Positions 25,105 to 39,268 of a DNA stretch of 64,000 nt are shown here, piece after piece. A program made the translations under genes and the position numbers. The number at the start of each line of letters is the position of its first letter. The first letter of the stretch is position 1. Under the pieces are notes generated by a model. It saw only the letters and a list, made by a program, of their open reading frames with translations, was not told the origin of the DNA and made no database searches. This stretch comes from Lingula anatina (Eukaryota > Animalia > Brachiopoda): positions 17,236,001 to 17,300,000 of the forward strand of contig CM120645.1 in NCBI GenBank assembly GCA_051362555.1. The letters run 5' to 3'.

Positions 25105-26801
25105 AATGCACCTATTTTATAAAGCGAAAGATACAGCTAAGGACTTACCCTAAACTAAAGTGAATCAAGATTTTGTTATTAAAATAAACCATTTTTCGAT
25201 AGAATACTCTTTTGTAAAAAAGAATAGAGACAGATATCAGAGAATATTTGGTAGAAAACAGCTTCTGTGTGCTCTCAAACCAAGCATCTAATCTATGTAA
25301 TCTACACCATTCTTCAACAGAGGTGCGCGTTAATCAGGCATGCACATAGTTTACATCAAAGAAGCCCAAGTTGTGGCTGCAGGTGCGTAGCCAGTGTCCA
25401 CTAAGCCGTCCACTGTGCTGACTAGGGTCGATGCCTAGTGACCAGCGGGTCAATGTCTGTGGTGTTGTGGAATGCTCGCTGCATCTGGAACCAAGATCTA
25501 GACTGAGTGAAATGGTGCAGATTTGATGCGATCCTGGCGCGGCGTCGTATGAGTTAATAAGTAAAGGAAAGGCTTGAAAAAACTCCAATACATATGTACT
25601 TTGATACGCAATAAAGAGCTCACATTGTGTAACTTTTCGATTTGTCCAATTTGTAAGTAAATGATTGGGTGAGACATTAACAAGATGGTATATTATGATA
25701 TATTATTTTTATCATAAGATAGATGTTTTTCGCTACCAGCAAAACTTTATAAAACAGGATAAGCCTAGATCAGTCCAGATTTAGTGCGAGATTAGTCCGA
25801 AACTGGTGCTTACAACAGACACGCTCTCGGCGGTTAGGGTTTATTAAACCAGTGTAAACGCCGCTCGATAAACCTATAGTATTGTTGTCGCTTCTGTCCT
25901 TCAGATTAATACCTAACATTGTGTAAGTATAATACAGAAGCGTGATCCCCAACCTCATAGCCACAACACACTCAAGGAGGTATTATTTTAAACTTTGTAC
26001 ACAGTTTACCACAGACAAAGGTTTGAGGGGCCGAATTGATGTTTTATAGAGCGGTAAGTGTGTTGCTTTTTGAGCCTACTGATAACAGGTAATGATATGT
26101 GTGTAGAGTGAAGTAACCGGGCTCGGAGGACAATGCAAGAGGGTGAATATTAGGTGCAAACTCGTTATCTGACGGAGAAAAATATTATTAGTATGAAGAG
26201 CGTGTTACGTTTATATACCAGCTGGTGTTTCTAGACAGGCTGAATGATGTGGACAAGTTTGATTTGGTGATTTGACAGGTTTTAAAAACTGTTTTGAACG
26301 TTTTTATGAAACGGATTTTTATGATTGAAAAAGTTTCATGCACGAAGTACTGATAAAACAGAATTTGATGCTTCTTCGATGGGCACAAAAGCGTGTTAAA
26401 AAGGAAGTTTGTAGGAAGAAGATGACCCATTCAAAGTGCATACGTGCTGAACAAGGTAGGTCTAAGTTGGTTAAGCATGAAAAACAATTCCGGGCAATCT
26501 TAAGTTATTTGTTTGATCTAGGAGGTTTTAGGAACAGGGCATATTCCCCACTTGTCTTTTTAGTGTCATTTCTAAGTATTCGGGCAAAATAGTCAACCAG
26601 CGAGGTGTACTATACACCTGCACCTTTATACAATAATAATAATAGTGATTTAATGTAGTTACACGCATCTATAGGAAGTATTTCACCACTCGCTACATTG
26701 CATTAATATTGCTTGTGATAGATAAATACTGTACAAGAGAAATTTTGAAAGTCCATGTTCTTTAATCTATTCTCAGAATACAACAACTGTATTCTCATTA
26801 G

Positions 26802-26921
26802 CAGTGGCGGATTTGGGGGAGGGATCAGGGGGGTCCTGAATCCCCTCGATTTCTGAAAAAAAAATTAAACCAATGGTACCGGACCCCCCCCCCCCTTAAA
26901 ATAATCCTGGAACCGCGCCTG
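26802..26921. mobile_element. 120-bp CAG...CTG MITE with 6-bp target-site duplication (hAT-like)
   Basis: Termini CAGTGGCGGATTT / GGAACCGCGCCTG, internal G-run/C-run inverted repeat, and CATTAG on both flanks (26796-26801 and 26922-26927). Confidence 0.75.
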
Positions 26922-29326
26922 CATTAGGCTACAGTATAGGCTATATAGCATAGTTATTATCTCGAACAATGCAGAAACTACTCAAAACTAAACATGTAGA
27001 CCACAGCATACAGTAATTATCACACGACTCACATACACACTTAAACACATACACATATATTCGCAAAGGACAAAACAAGCTTTCCTGAAGATCAAACAAA
27101 TAGGTGGAGTCTCAGAAAGTCAAATACATGGAAGCTTTATGATATTAGCACAACTACTATTACTGGCATGCATGCAAAGACTAACAGTTCTGTATATTCT
27201 ATTTTATAAACGTTGCTACTACAATAAAAGAAAATGCTGTATATACTAAGAAGAATTTTAATAATTCTATTAAAATAGCATTATAGCAAATGAGTTTGGA
27301 TTTCTAAAATCATGCCAGATTCTGTTAAATTTAATATTTGTCCAGTCTTTAAATGGAACCAGTCTTGGATTTGAACTAACAGAGTGGTAATATTTCACAT
27401 TTAACAAAGAAGTGTATTTTTATTTTGCTGCCACATATAACTAAAACAAGCCAAAGTGATCGGTTCAGAAGGTGGGCTCGTGTTTCTCCACCTGACTACC
27501 TCCTCTCTTCCCAAGCTGTGCTAATAACTTGACACCTGCCAGATCTAATGACATTTATTATGTGCAATGATTTGTAATTTGCAATGATTTATGTATCATG
27601 TAAGGAAAACGATTTTGACGTTAGTAGATTTTTTTACATAATTCCCTAATTGGCAATACAGGTGCTGGTGTACCGTAACATTGCCGAAGATTAGAATGGC
27701 ATTGGTCTAGTGCTCAAAGTTTAAAATAGTATGATATGACATAGCCCCCCACCCCCCCACCCCACACAGACACGCCCTGGGATACCTTTGTTCAGTCAGC
27801 AAATCTATGTTTGTCTCAATAGCTGCTAGCACGATGGTGATACTAAGGCTAACTGACATATCAAGGAGTTTATAGATATTATAGGGATATATATATTCTG
27901 TGTTTGCAAATGTATGTAGTTCAATGCAGGCAGGCCTTTCACGTCTTGGTAAACATCAAATGTATCTGTGATCTTTATTGTTGACAGCGAGTTGAATATT
28001 TCATAGTGTTTCTGTTATATTATCACACGTGTTTACATAAATATCTACTACACACTGCAGACCAGTGTGTGTACACACAGCACCAACATCGTGCATTTTT
28101 CACGACTGTCAGATGTTGTGCTCTTGTCCTCGAAAATCATACTAGTGGCACGCCAGATTTTCAAGTGAAAATGACTGTGATGAGCCATCAATTCATGTTA
28201 GATTAGGGAGAGGATGTCTGCATCAGTGAAATTATCTTGAACAAATTTTTAGCTAAGAATCCTTCTGTATGTTCAGTTTTCGATATTGCATTTCCTCATG
28301 CAGAGAAATTGCACTTAAATAAAATCGAAGAACTTGTTAAATTATATTGCTTGCAATCTTTTGAAGCCGTTTATCACACCAAGGAGTTATATTCTGTTAT
28401 AACTCCTTGATCACACGGAGTGAGGTTGGATAGATCACACTGACATGTTATTTTATAAGTTATAGTCATATTACAGGGCAATCATCAATACTATTGGACC
28501 AAGTATGCCTTATTTATAAACTGGCACAAATAAACAGGCAAGCAATGGTTTAATTTTGATTTACATGTCAAAATAACTCCTGTCATATTTGGCCACAGGA
28601 AACCTCACTGACTTGGTGTATATTTTGACCTAATTTAGCAAACCCAATTTCCAAAGGAAAGAAAAAGACATGATTTAGGTGCAGCGTGACCATTTAGGCG
28701 TGGTAGACGGACTCTGAACTTACACTGCTTATTTACAAATCATTTTAATGGATAGAACTAAAAATCTAATTTGATAGTATTTAGTAATACCATCAAATTG
28801 AAACTGAAATTCAACCCAACTTTTCACGCATTCAGATTGCTTAGTCTAGCCCACTGCAAAGTTCAAACCAATTGCGCAGCTCCAAATTGAACCTTATACA
28901 TAAGCGTAGTCTTCGGAAAGTGTCAGTGTTACGACAGCCGATGGAAGCGTGCGGGCGAGCTCTTACAAGACAGAAATGTTGGATGGTCGTCTGTACAAAT
29001 ATGCTTTGATATCTTAATCAAATATTCTGAAGAATGCAAACGACTGGACCACTTATCAATTGACAATATATTTGAGTTGGTTTGATTCACTTGGCAGAGG
29101 ACATATTTTTGTAAGGTTAACAAGGAAAGCGAGCACTGACTTTTTATTGACCAATGAGGCAATACATAAATGGATGCACGCTGCAGGTTTTCTCATGTGA
29201 ACATAGACAGTGAGCTTAAATTTTGTCGTCGAAATCCAACTTCTCATGTTAGCGTATCATTCATGTACCTGTAAGTAGAAACCAAAGCAATTGTGCACTA
29301 TCGAGTCAAGTACGTTGGCTTTTAGC

Positions 29327-29455
29327 TACTCTCTACCAGGGCCACAGATTGATTTTTCACTAGATATTCACAGATATGTCTCTGGTGAAATTTACGGTTA
29401 TTCTCTGTACTCATCGAAAATATCCACATAATAACTGCGGCCCTGGTAGAGGGTA
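29327..29455. mobile_element. 129-bp MITE with 9-bp target-site duplication
   Basis: TIR TACTCTCTACCAGGGCCACAG / CTGCGGCCCTGGTAGAGGGTA, with GCTTTTAGC directly repeated at 29318-29326 and 29456-29464. Confidence 0.8.
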
Positions 29456-30166
29456 GCTTTTAGCCCCCATATGTGTTTAGAACTAGCCTTAGAGGCTACC
29501 GGTCAGTTTTGTATGATATAATAATTCTATTATAGGCTTATCCTCGTATTCACTAATGCAGGCGGTATTATTATGTGACACGGATGGGGCGTTTATTTAA
29601 AGTAGTGATATTTTCTTATTTGGAAAAGAAGCATATAAAACTTTTTTGGATCCGGTAAGCAAATTGCTTATATTTTACATTTTTTATTTAATAGTACTGT
29701 AAGAACTAGTCTTGTACCGTAAGCACCTTATTTATGTAGAAAAAGTGGTTCTATTTGCTCCAGGATACACATCAGCTTTTAAGCACGTATCATTTCTAAC
29801 TGACCCTGGGTAATTAAGAGTAGAGATCGCGTCTTTTACGACGGCTTAGATGCTGATTCCCCACACTCATAGAGTACCTGTACTCGTAACTGTAGGCGTG
29901 TATGTCATTTAGGTATGTAGCATTGGTTGCGGAGAGATCTCCCTTAATTGCTTGATTAATAAACCAGTTTATAGTACACGCAGTGCGACATAAACACCTG
30001 TATAGTGATCAATGCTATGCAAAGGATTTGACAAATTAGATGAGGATTTCATTAACATAACCTGAATATATCCAGATTAATATACAATCAAAATTATATT
30101 GAAAATTTGACATAAAATAGCCTAAAAGATCTTGGAATTATTTATTGGTTCAAGAATGCGGTAGTT

Positions 30167-30224
<58 letters not shown>

Positions 30225-30763
30225 TAAAAAGCATGGACTTGGTAATCCGGGTAGAGTTGCTTAAATTCACGCCATACATTTCCAACTGCCAGCGTGCAGA
30301 TCTTAATTTGATCAGAAGCAATTTTACCAAGAATCCTGCTGAAAGTTAAACCTTGGATTAACGTGCCAGTCTGACATTTGTCATACGAAGTTTGAGATAA
30401 TCTTGTTTAACGTTGCGTGTATTTTATGCAGATTAGTCTTATTACATTCTGTGATGTCCTTATGAAAGCGCATCACATTCAAAAGAACAGTGGAGTATGC
30501 GGTACCTAATAGAGAGCTGGCGGTGTAATTATTATCATGAGCCAGCTTGTCTGGCTGTACTGATGTACGTACTATTTCCAATACTTGACTCCTTCTGTAT
30601 GGATATGCGCACATTTGTGAGCATGCATGACAGGCTATTTGGGTCTGTTCAGGCCTATTCAGAAGGCAAATGTTGCTGTAACTGTCGTTGCCTCCTCCTC
30701 CCCCGGATAAACGTTAGGCGTGAGCGTGACTGTTTTCATAGTCATTGGCTGCAAACTTCAAGA

Positions 30764-30797
<34 letters not shown>

Positions 30798-30806
<9 letters not shown>

Positions 30807-31029
30807 CGCGCGTAACGGGGGGGGGGAGGATGCTCAAGTATGTTCATGCAGACTCAGGGAGAGTAGCAAAAAAAAGCATAAGGAAAAAAACTTACTCACG
30901 TATTTCCGCGTATTTCCACGTATTTCCGCGCGCGCGCGTAACGGGGGGGGGGATGCTTAAGTATGTTCATGCAGACTCAGGGAGAGTAGCAAAAAAAAAA
31001 AGCATAAGGAAAAAAAACTTACTCACGTA
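30798..31029. repeat. Tandem duplication of about 126 bp adjoining a (GT)n(GC)n microsatellite
   Basis: (GC)nGTAAC(G)n..GATGCTYAAGTATGTTCATGCAGACTCAGGGAGAGTAGC(A)nGCATAAGG(A)nCTTACTCACGTA occurs twice. Confidence 0.9.
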
Positions 31030-34000
31030 AATGTCATTACACACGCAGCTAGAACAGTTTATCAGTGGCGAAGGGGAAGGTAATTAGCGTGATGTACATT
31101 GGGCAATCTTGGAAGTGCAGACACTAAATGTGAGCTCTACGTAGTAAAGATAGCAGGCAGTGTCTGGAGAGTATATGATAGGAGTTGGCATGAGCTTTTA
31201 TTGCAACTAGGTAATAAAGTAATAATGTTCTGTTTTTACCGGGGATAAAAGTACCTGTCTGTGGGGATGTCCGGCTCATGCCTTAGTCAAAATCCACTTT
31301 ATCTAATTAACACAATTCAGCACTGGACCGCCGGGGGCATGCGTTTTGGCAGTTTCTTGCTGCAAAGGGGTGAAGTATAGCTTCATGTATAAAGATAGGT
31401 TTCTCGCTCGAGTTGAGTACGACATCTAGACATCTCTAGAAGGGAAACTCTAGTCAATAAATGGCTGTAAGATGGAAAACGGTTGAGGCCTTTGCTGCAA
31501 AGACAGTTTTTTTAATGATTCGTGTGCATGCAGACATGCTGGTCGGAGCGAAGAAAAACATTTTCAGTCCGTGCATGATGCCCTGTATATTAGTTCGTCT
31601 GACAGTGCAAACGTGCGCTCGAATGTGCATGTGTGTTCTCACGCATTTGTGTTTAATTGCTGCAAGCTTATAGTTTTTGTTATTTGTGAAAGCTAGGAGT
31701 CCTCTGCATTCCTGATGAAATAGTAAAGGCTTGTTGTCGGTTAAACGTCGCACTCTATTGTTTCTGTACTGTTCAAATGTTCTCTTCTCTGCCTTTGCTT
31801 TAAATACGAGTCCTTCACATCGTTTATGTCAGGTGTAACCAGAAAACCTTTAAGTTCGGGCTTTAACATTAGACATTTGTGCAATTTTACCACACGCACG
31901 GCCAGTCTGGAGACACACAGACGTGCGTACTAGTATTTAAATACGAAAGGACATTATACAGCGTTTTTGATAGCTTCCCACTTCAAGAACACGTCAATCA
32001 AGCTTAAGAGTGCTGCTAATTTTCGGCAGTAATGACAAAATAAGGGGACTAATGCCCTTCATATTACATAAGTAATAATAGCTTCAGCCGAGGATGAAAT
32101 AAAAAAGGATAAAACGGCTCCTGTGCGTCAAATGTATCAAATTTCCAAATTCTGTTATTGAGGCGAGTATTATGTGAACGGATAGGTGACATTTGTATTA
32201 TGAAACAGGATAGCCAATTTCATTAAAGCCGTGTTTAAAGATGTGTATTGGATTGGAATTGCCTTTTCGAATCAGATGTTGCAGGATAAAGTGTGCTTCA
32301 TGTGTATAACGGCAATCTTTCCCCAATCTCTCTACCTATCTTCTCTACCTTCTTTGTCTGTCTGTCCTTCCCATACAGTTTTCTAGTACTTCACTGATGA
32401 ATGTTTTAGTATTTGGAATCGCCGTTAAGCTAACGCTGCTTCATCATTGACCGCAAGGAATAGATTAAAACTCTGTAATGGTAAATCATGGCGTTCATTA
32501 GGAGAACGTTAAGATGAAAACACAATACATTTTCCTCAGCTGATAGCTCATGCTCAGTAACTAAAACGTAATGTAAGTAAAGGACATCCCGATTGTAGAA
32601 GAAGGGAGAATTTAACTTTATAAAAACGAATCACAATTAAATTATATAAATATATAAATATAATTTAAAAATAATGCAGGGCCCCTCTCTGTATTTTGGC
32701 TCTAAGGAAGTGTCCATGTAAAGAAACAAAGCACCTAGTTTAACGCACAGATGTCTGCAGTCAAATTGGCCGAGACAGCCATCAGCACCATTGGGACATG
32801 TTGGATCTGATGGTGCCGAGAGTAATTCTGCAATTGACTCAGGTGTTTTAAAAATCGCATTTATTATATCTAGAGTTGACTGTTTTGAACTATGCATATT
32901 TAAGTTTCAGAGAAAATTCAATATAATTTGAGACTTAGTCACTAATATTCGAATCATATAGGCAAGAGCCACCCTGACGCAGATTTGAGACCATGAGGGA
33001 ACTTGTGCATTTCCCATTGTAAAGGAACTGTTTTGATGAAATATATCTTTTAAAATGATTATACCTACGTGCCATTATCATTACCCAGAGCTTCTTTATT
33101 TTTTACCAAGAATCTCGTTGGACCTGTTCACTTCCACAAGCCAAATATTTTAAATCTCAGTCAATTGTAATCATGCATGGTATCCTCAAAATGTCACCTC
33201 TGTCCGTCACACGTGCATAGTATCGGTACGTGGAAGTCATGCTGTGGAGATACTGGTTGATGACAATAAGAGTTTCATTACCGTGGAATCAATACGACCC
33301 ATTGAACCCTATGACGATCGTTACCTAAAGGGTTTCCCTTGAACAACACTACTTAACAAGGTACATTTCCACTTGCCAACAATGCCCTAGGAACAGGATT
33401 TATTGATGCTTTTTCCATTTTGGTAGAACTGTCTATTTTCATGTGTAATAGCCGTTATCACTGTCACAATGAGAGTAGTTATGGTCTTTTCCTCTCGAGG
33501 CTTTCAGTAATTTTATCGACATATTTACGAGGGAATTTTGAAGATATAATTTTGGTTTATCTAGACTTCGAACATTTTGCACTTAAAATCAGACCAACCC
33601 GAATCATTTCACAACAGAAGAACACCCTTTCACCCTGATTTTCAGTGGTCACCTGAAAACGCGCCTCTACTTGGACAATGGTCAACCTTTCCATTAACGG
33701 AGAGCATCGAATTAGCAGATACTAATTACTTCTGAAATTGTAATTTGTCTCCTCTCACGATCTTTGATATTTGATACTTACCTGCTCGGTTTTGTGAAGG
33801 AGATGGCCTGTCCTTTGCGTGTTTTTTTCGTTGACCCGCCGCCCATTTCGGATATCTTATCCTTTTATCTAATTTGGATCAGGAGTTGAAGTGTCACAGG
33901 AGTAGACTTGGGTGAACATTTGCTTTGTACATTGGTGGTTTGCTATTAGTTATTGTGTTGTTGTTGTAATTATATAGAGTTTTTTAAACTGCACCTGTAC

Positions 34001-36059
34001 TATTACAGGAACTGAATTCTTCGATATTTCCATCATATTAGGCCAAAAACAGTAAACATGTAGGAAATAACTAAGATGATCAAGTTTGCCAGGTGTCAGA
34101 GACTTTTTGCTAGATTTTTTTTATAATGCAAAACAACGACTGATGTCTATTAACCTGGTTGTGTCGGATCAAATTTTCTAATAAGTAAACCGTCACCGTG
34201 CTGTGAAATCCTACCGCGTGCTTGTTGGTGGAACTTCCGTTAAACAAAGGCCTTGTCTTGCAGTAGAAAAACATATCTTAATCTAACACTGGCATCATTA
34301 TTCCCACACAATTAAAGCTTCTCTTAACCTGTCTTGTTTTGTTGGCGGTCGATATCCAATAAAGAAGATAAAATCAGTGAAATTGAAAAATTGGACGCGG
34401 AAATAAAAGTGACACTCAAAGATAAAGTGGTGTTGGTAAGTGTCGCATTATGAACCAAACAATACGGTTTAAGGAACACTGTATAACCACACCGAGACAC
34501 TTGTAATGCTACTGACTTTAGAGTCAAGTGGAATCTGCCTCTGGTGATTACTGGTAGATCTGACTGATTTCAGCTTTATTCACTGTCTTCTTTTGTTTTA
34601 TTCTCTATGGAAGATATTGTTTGCCAAACACCGTAGTTTTCATTATTACTGACGTTTACTAGTACTGAAGACGTCAAAGGTGACCAAATCAAATGTCTTT
34701 GTGTACAGAGTCAGTGTGCACTCTGTTTTTTTGGTTTGCTGTAAACAGCTGTCTTCCCATGTCTTGCTGTCTAGTTAATTAAAGTAAAAGGAGATGGTTG
34801 ATACGCCTTTGAAATCATCAAAAGTATGACATTAAACTGAGTTTCGCTGTCTGCAAATCTACATTTATTAGCTGATGGGGTAGACATGTTTAAGTTACCA
34901 AGATACACATATGCATGTAGTTTAGATTTCCTCTTTGACTGGAAGTGTTACCGCCATATTCAAATCGGTAATATCTCGGAATTCTGTGGGAAACGTCCAA
35001 GATGTAAATAGGTTTGAGTCAATTAGGAGTTTTATTGAGGGGATGTTGTTTGTCTAGTCCCGATCATTTGTAAGTCAAAGTTAGACATTCTCCATGACTT
35101 TTAATCATGTTCATACAAGCCTGCAGCATCGTATAGCATATAGGAAGGACCAAGTTACGCACTTCTGTCTATTAGCATGGCGTTTTGCATAGGTATAGAA
35201 AATGATACTCTCATGTATTTCTTGATATGGAAATTCCAGAATGGCCGAAAAATTCCATATATAAATATAGATACATTAAATAAATAAATATAAATAACAA
35301 CAATAACAAAAAACATTTATTTACGTATTTAGATTTAGGAGTTATAAACTGGTGCTTAAGGAGATTATCTAATGACGTATATTGAATATTTGATTGACAA
35401 AGTACATGTAGAATGGACGGTTTCTAAGATTACGCAAAAATTATGAAAGGAAAATAAGTTAATCGTGTGATCAGTACGAAAGTGATAGAGTATAAATACC
35501 GTTGCATTTGTATGGAAAGTGATATACGGTAAATAAACGCCTGGACTTGTAAAGAGCAGTAGATTATGTATCGGAGTCAGTGAAGTCGGATTAGTGTATA
35601 TACTTTCGAAGTTTATTCTTCCAGAACAGCGGAAACAGACATTTTATGTAACAGATTTGTTGAACCAGGTGATGCATCTGTTGGAATGGAAATATGGTGT
35701 CGATCGCGATGTTTGTTTATAAAGTCTAAATCTGTTGCATCATGTTATTACACAAGAAGGGGGCTCTAAACACTGGGCCCCGACTTGACGAGTAAAATGA
35801 TTTTCTGCAGGTACAACGGGACGCCGTCTTCGTTCGCTAGTTTGCTGCACTGCCCAAAATGACACAGCATGACCATAGCTTGCAGTGTTTGTCTGAACTG
35901 GCATTGTATATATACTTTATATAGAGCACAGGGGGCGCGCAACAGATCAGACATAACGAACGTGTTCGAGGTTGACCTTAAACTTCCTACACAACATTTG
36001 AAAAATGAGTTTCATTATAAAATAGACATATGGTTTACTGGGAATAGATTACTGTCTAT

Positions 36060-36244
36060 GGGCGCATTTAGAACAGCGGACTTACAGATCCGCGGCTCAA
36101 ATATGGCCTACCCACTTGAATGCTTGTTGTGTCGTCCCCGCTGGGAATCTATTCAGTGTCTGATCGGGAATTAAGCGGCAAGCTTTTTAGTAGGTCGCCA
36201 TATTTGATCGGCGGATCAGTTAGTCCGCTGTTCTGAATGCGTTC
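36060..36244. mobile_element. Hairpin MITE with about 50-bp imperfect TIRs
   Basis: CGCATTTAGAACAGCGGACTTACAGATCCGCGGCTCAAATATGGCCTAC is mirrored by GTAGGTCGCCATATTTGATCGGCGGATCAGTTAGTCCGCTGTTCTGAATGCG. Confidence 0.75.
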
Positions 36245-36871
36245 TACAACCAGTTGATGATCATTGGCGCATTGTTCTTTTTCTCTCTAATACCGGTTTT
36301 ATTAGCTGCGTTTACATGTAGGCGCTTTTTGGACTCTGTGGGTGCAGCATTTAACACAGTGATCAGACAAGACAGTTCAATGAAGCCTCTACTAGGAACA
36401 CAACTCCAACAAGACGCTGTCCCACTGTTATGACAGTGTGTCCGTGGCCACTGATGTCGTCGTTACATGGGTCACACTCCACATTGTAATGAGGGTCAAC
36501 AAGCGCTGGCCTTGTTGTTTGATAGTGAAGTTACTGTGTCACGCACATGTAATGACCGTGCGGGCCAAATCCGTCTGTTCGATTGGACAGTTTGCTATTT
36601 GTATCATAGGCGTTTCTGAAGTGGTCGAAATAAAGGTTTTCAATTTTTAGATCCCCTTCTGCACTACATTATTAAAAATTGACGATCAACCTCTGTGCAA
36701 CGGCAGATAGGGGGGATAGGGAAAGGCAGACTTGTGCTCCCTCCTTAGCTTCTGTCTCCTCTCCCTAAAAGATAAACCAAACAAGACAAAACCAGGTAAA
36801 TCCCTCTTCCCTGTATCATACAGTGAAATTGTCCTATTCTATTGGTTTATATTCCTAATCCTTGTGTCATA

Positions 36872-37077
36872 GGGACCATTCCCAGACCCTGTCGAGGGGA
36901 TTTTCGCTAAATTGCAATCAACTTAAGTGGCTTAGATGTCTGTCACGCCTACTGAAGCTGCCAGGGGGTAATTTATTATTGTTAAGCAGCTTCAGTAGGC
37001 GTGCCAGACATCTAAGCGAGAATCCCCTCGGAGATGGATCGATCCTGTTAGATTGGTCTAGGTATGGGAACCCAGTA
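36872..37077. mobile_element. Palindromic MITE family A, copy 2 (reverse orientation to copy 1, internally deleted)
   Basis: Ends GGTATGGGAACCCAGT, the reverse complement of the copy-1 start. Central stem CTTAGATGTCTGTCACGCCTACTGAAGCTG / CAGCTTCAGTAGGCGTGCCAGACATCTAAG. Confidence 0.8.
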
Positions 37078-38682
37078 ATAGATCTGCTAGCGGCCAGCAC
37101 TGGACTTTTAGTTAAGCATACGTATCCTTCCTACTGTAGATTTGAAGAGTTCACAAGGAGAATACATCATCATTTAATCATGTATAAAGAGGACAAAAGG
37201 TTTCCAAGAAAAGTCTGCATTTCTTTCATTACTGCAACTACTTACTGCTATAACCTGATGAAGGAAATCCAAAGGCGATATATATCTGTTTAAACAAGGT
37301 CTAATTTACAACGAAAATGACACTAAACTCGATTGGTAAAGCTAAGATTTTTAAAATTGCGTTATGGGTCCCTCTTTGTGAACTAGTCGGCTGACGACAC
37401 GAGCTTGTACGAATTTCAGGGCAAATTAAGGTAGCCGTCATCTTAACAGACTCATAGTTCGGCGGACTGTGGGCTATTAGTATCATATAGTATTTTGTTA
37501 ATATCATCAGCGCGCTCGATCTTGGACCTAATAGTGACCCGCCCGGACTGCGGTTAAAGTAAATGCAGTTATTTAAGCCCGATCTCGTGTTCTCACACGT
37601 CACAGCACTTAGAGAGGCCTCGTGTGACAAGACTGCTGTTCTGGCGTGGTTAACGACTGTGCAAAGTCCCGAGCTGAACAACATAAATGTAGAGAAGATA
37701 GCCAGGTACATGTATCCCAGCCAGAGACTGAATAGAAGCGAATATGCTTTCTAGCGCAAACGCACTGTAGAAAGTACAGGGGTGTAAGTATAGCGTTACC
37801 GCTGCTATGACACTTTGTTTCATCGGCATAAATTATGAACGGTACAAAATAATGGAAGAAGAGTAAAAGATACCCAGAATGTATGAAACAAAGGGTTTCG
37901 TCTGAGATGTGTTGCAAGCAATAATGCATCTCTGCAAGCAAACTGTGGGTTTGAACTTACAATTTCAACTTGAAAAATTGCTCTCTACAAATCAGCAAAA
38001 ATGTCTGCATACATATATTGTAAGTCGACGAGCAAGTACTCTTTTCGTAGCTATAAAGGCTCCTCCCGGTGTTCGTCCCTTAGACATTATATTATGTGAG
38101 CCAAGGGATATACGGATAGCTGGGTATTGAGATGGTCGAACGCCGGTTGTGGTACACAGCAAATATCTGCTTGCAATTTTAATTGTTAAAACTGTCGTAG
38201 CTCAGACAATGAACTGTCTACAGGAGATGCAACCTACTTGCTTTGAAATGATATAACATTTATTGCAGCAAGATTGTCCAGCTAGATAGATATATTTAAA
38301 TTGTTATTTTTGCCACATGTTACATGTATAACAAAGAATTAGTCTAAAATAAGTGTAATGTACGTTCATAACTGGAAGAAAGTGTCAATGTTTGCTTACA
38401 CGTAAACGCCGTTGAGTAGAACCCTGTTGAACAACTGCGATGGATTTAAATAGTTCAGAGGATGTCGAAATGGCATCTCTTGAGAAGCCCTGACCGCAGC
38501 AGAGAGGGTAATGCGCACTGTACATGTCCAGTACGTGTAAAACAGGTGTTTAAGTAGCACGAATGACCATTTCTTGACCACACTGGAACGTGACACAGTA
38601 CAATAATGTGTGCCCAGATGCGAAGAGCACCAAACACTGCCGCAATCGGGACTGTCTGGGTACACACCTTGGGTGATTGGTT

Positions 38683-38684
<2 letters not shown>

Positions 38685-38722
<38 letters not shown>
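38685..38722. repeat. Poly-T run (about 38 nt)
   Basis: Direct reading; it explains the spurious poly-K and poly-F ORFs in the track. Confidence 0.9.
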
Positions 38723-38724
<2 letters not shown>

Positions 38725-39021
38725 GTTGTTGTTGTGGTTGAGTTCAAAATATGACGTCGGAGCAATGTGTTCAATAAGTGTCGATTTATGTTTCTTTGGG
38801 ACAGGCCAGTATGTCGTATAGTGTTGATCAGTACATTCTATAACAGTACGTAGATTCGCGAAATCTAGAATTTTTCTGTTGATAGATATGATGAAAATTG
38901 CCAAGGATGTGCTATCCGCTTTGGTCTTCTGTAGATTAGTCGAATCTTTTCAGATAGCATGCCTGTATTATGAAGTGATACTAGTTCCAATAGCATTATC
39001 GCTATGCTTTCATTTCTCAAA

Positions 39022-39268
39022 AGGGTGGTCTAGATCAATCTAGCAAGATCGACCCAACTCCGAGGGTTTCTTGCTAAATTGCATTCAGCCTTAGTGTCTT
39101 ATATGTCTGGCACGCCTACTGCAGTTGCTTAACGATAGTTAATTACCCCCTAACAGCTTTAGTAGGCGTGCCAGTCATCAGAGTCCCTTAAGTTGAATGC
39201 AATTTAGCGAGAAAGCCCTCGGAGATGGGTCAGTCCTGCTAGATCGATCTAGGTATGGGAACGGGGTC
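39022..39268. mobile_element. Palindromic MITE family A, copy 3
   Basis: CTAGATCAATCTAGCAAGATCGACCCAACTCCGAGGG is mirrored by CCCTCGGAGATGGGTCAGTCCTGCTAGATCGATCTAG; same core as copies 1 and 2. Confidence 0.8.

Noticed and set aside
30497-31030. 177-aa ORF
   Set aside because: It is kept open by the (GT)n/(GC)n microsatellite and the tandem duplication, has no splice support and is not protein-like.
37250-37292. Possible hammerhead ribozyme core (CCTGATGAAGG...); a similar CTGAAGA lies at about 34665
   Set aside because: There is no correctly placed GAAA and no closing stems I/III by eye. An Infernal search would be needed to revive it.
37563-37754. ORF faintly resembling a hAT C-terminal domain (FSHV...SPELNNINVEKIA)
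   Set aside because: The similarity is too weak to call without a profile search.
38396-38904. Overlapping ORFs with poly-K or poly-F
   Set aside because: Artefacts of the poly-T run.
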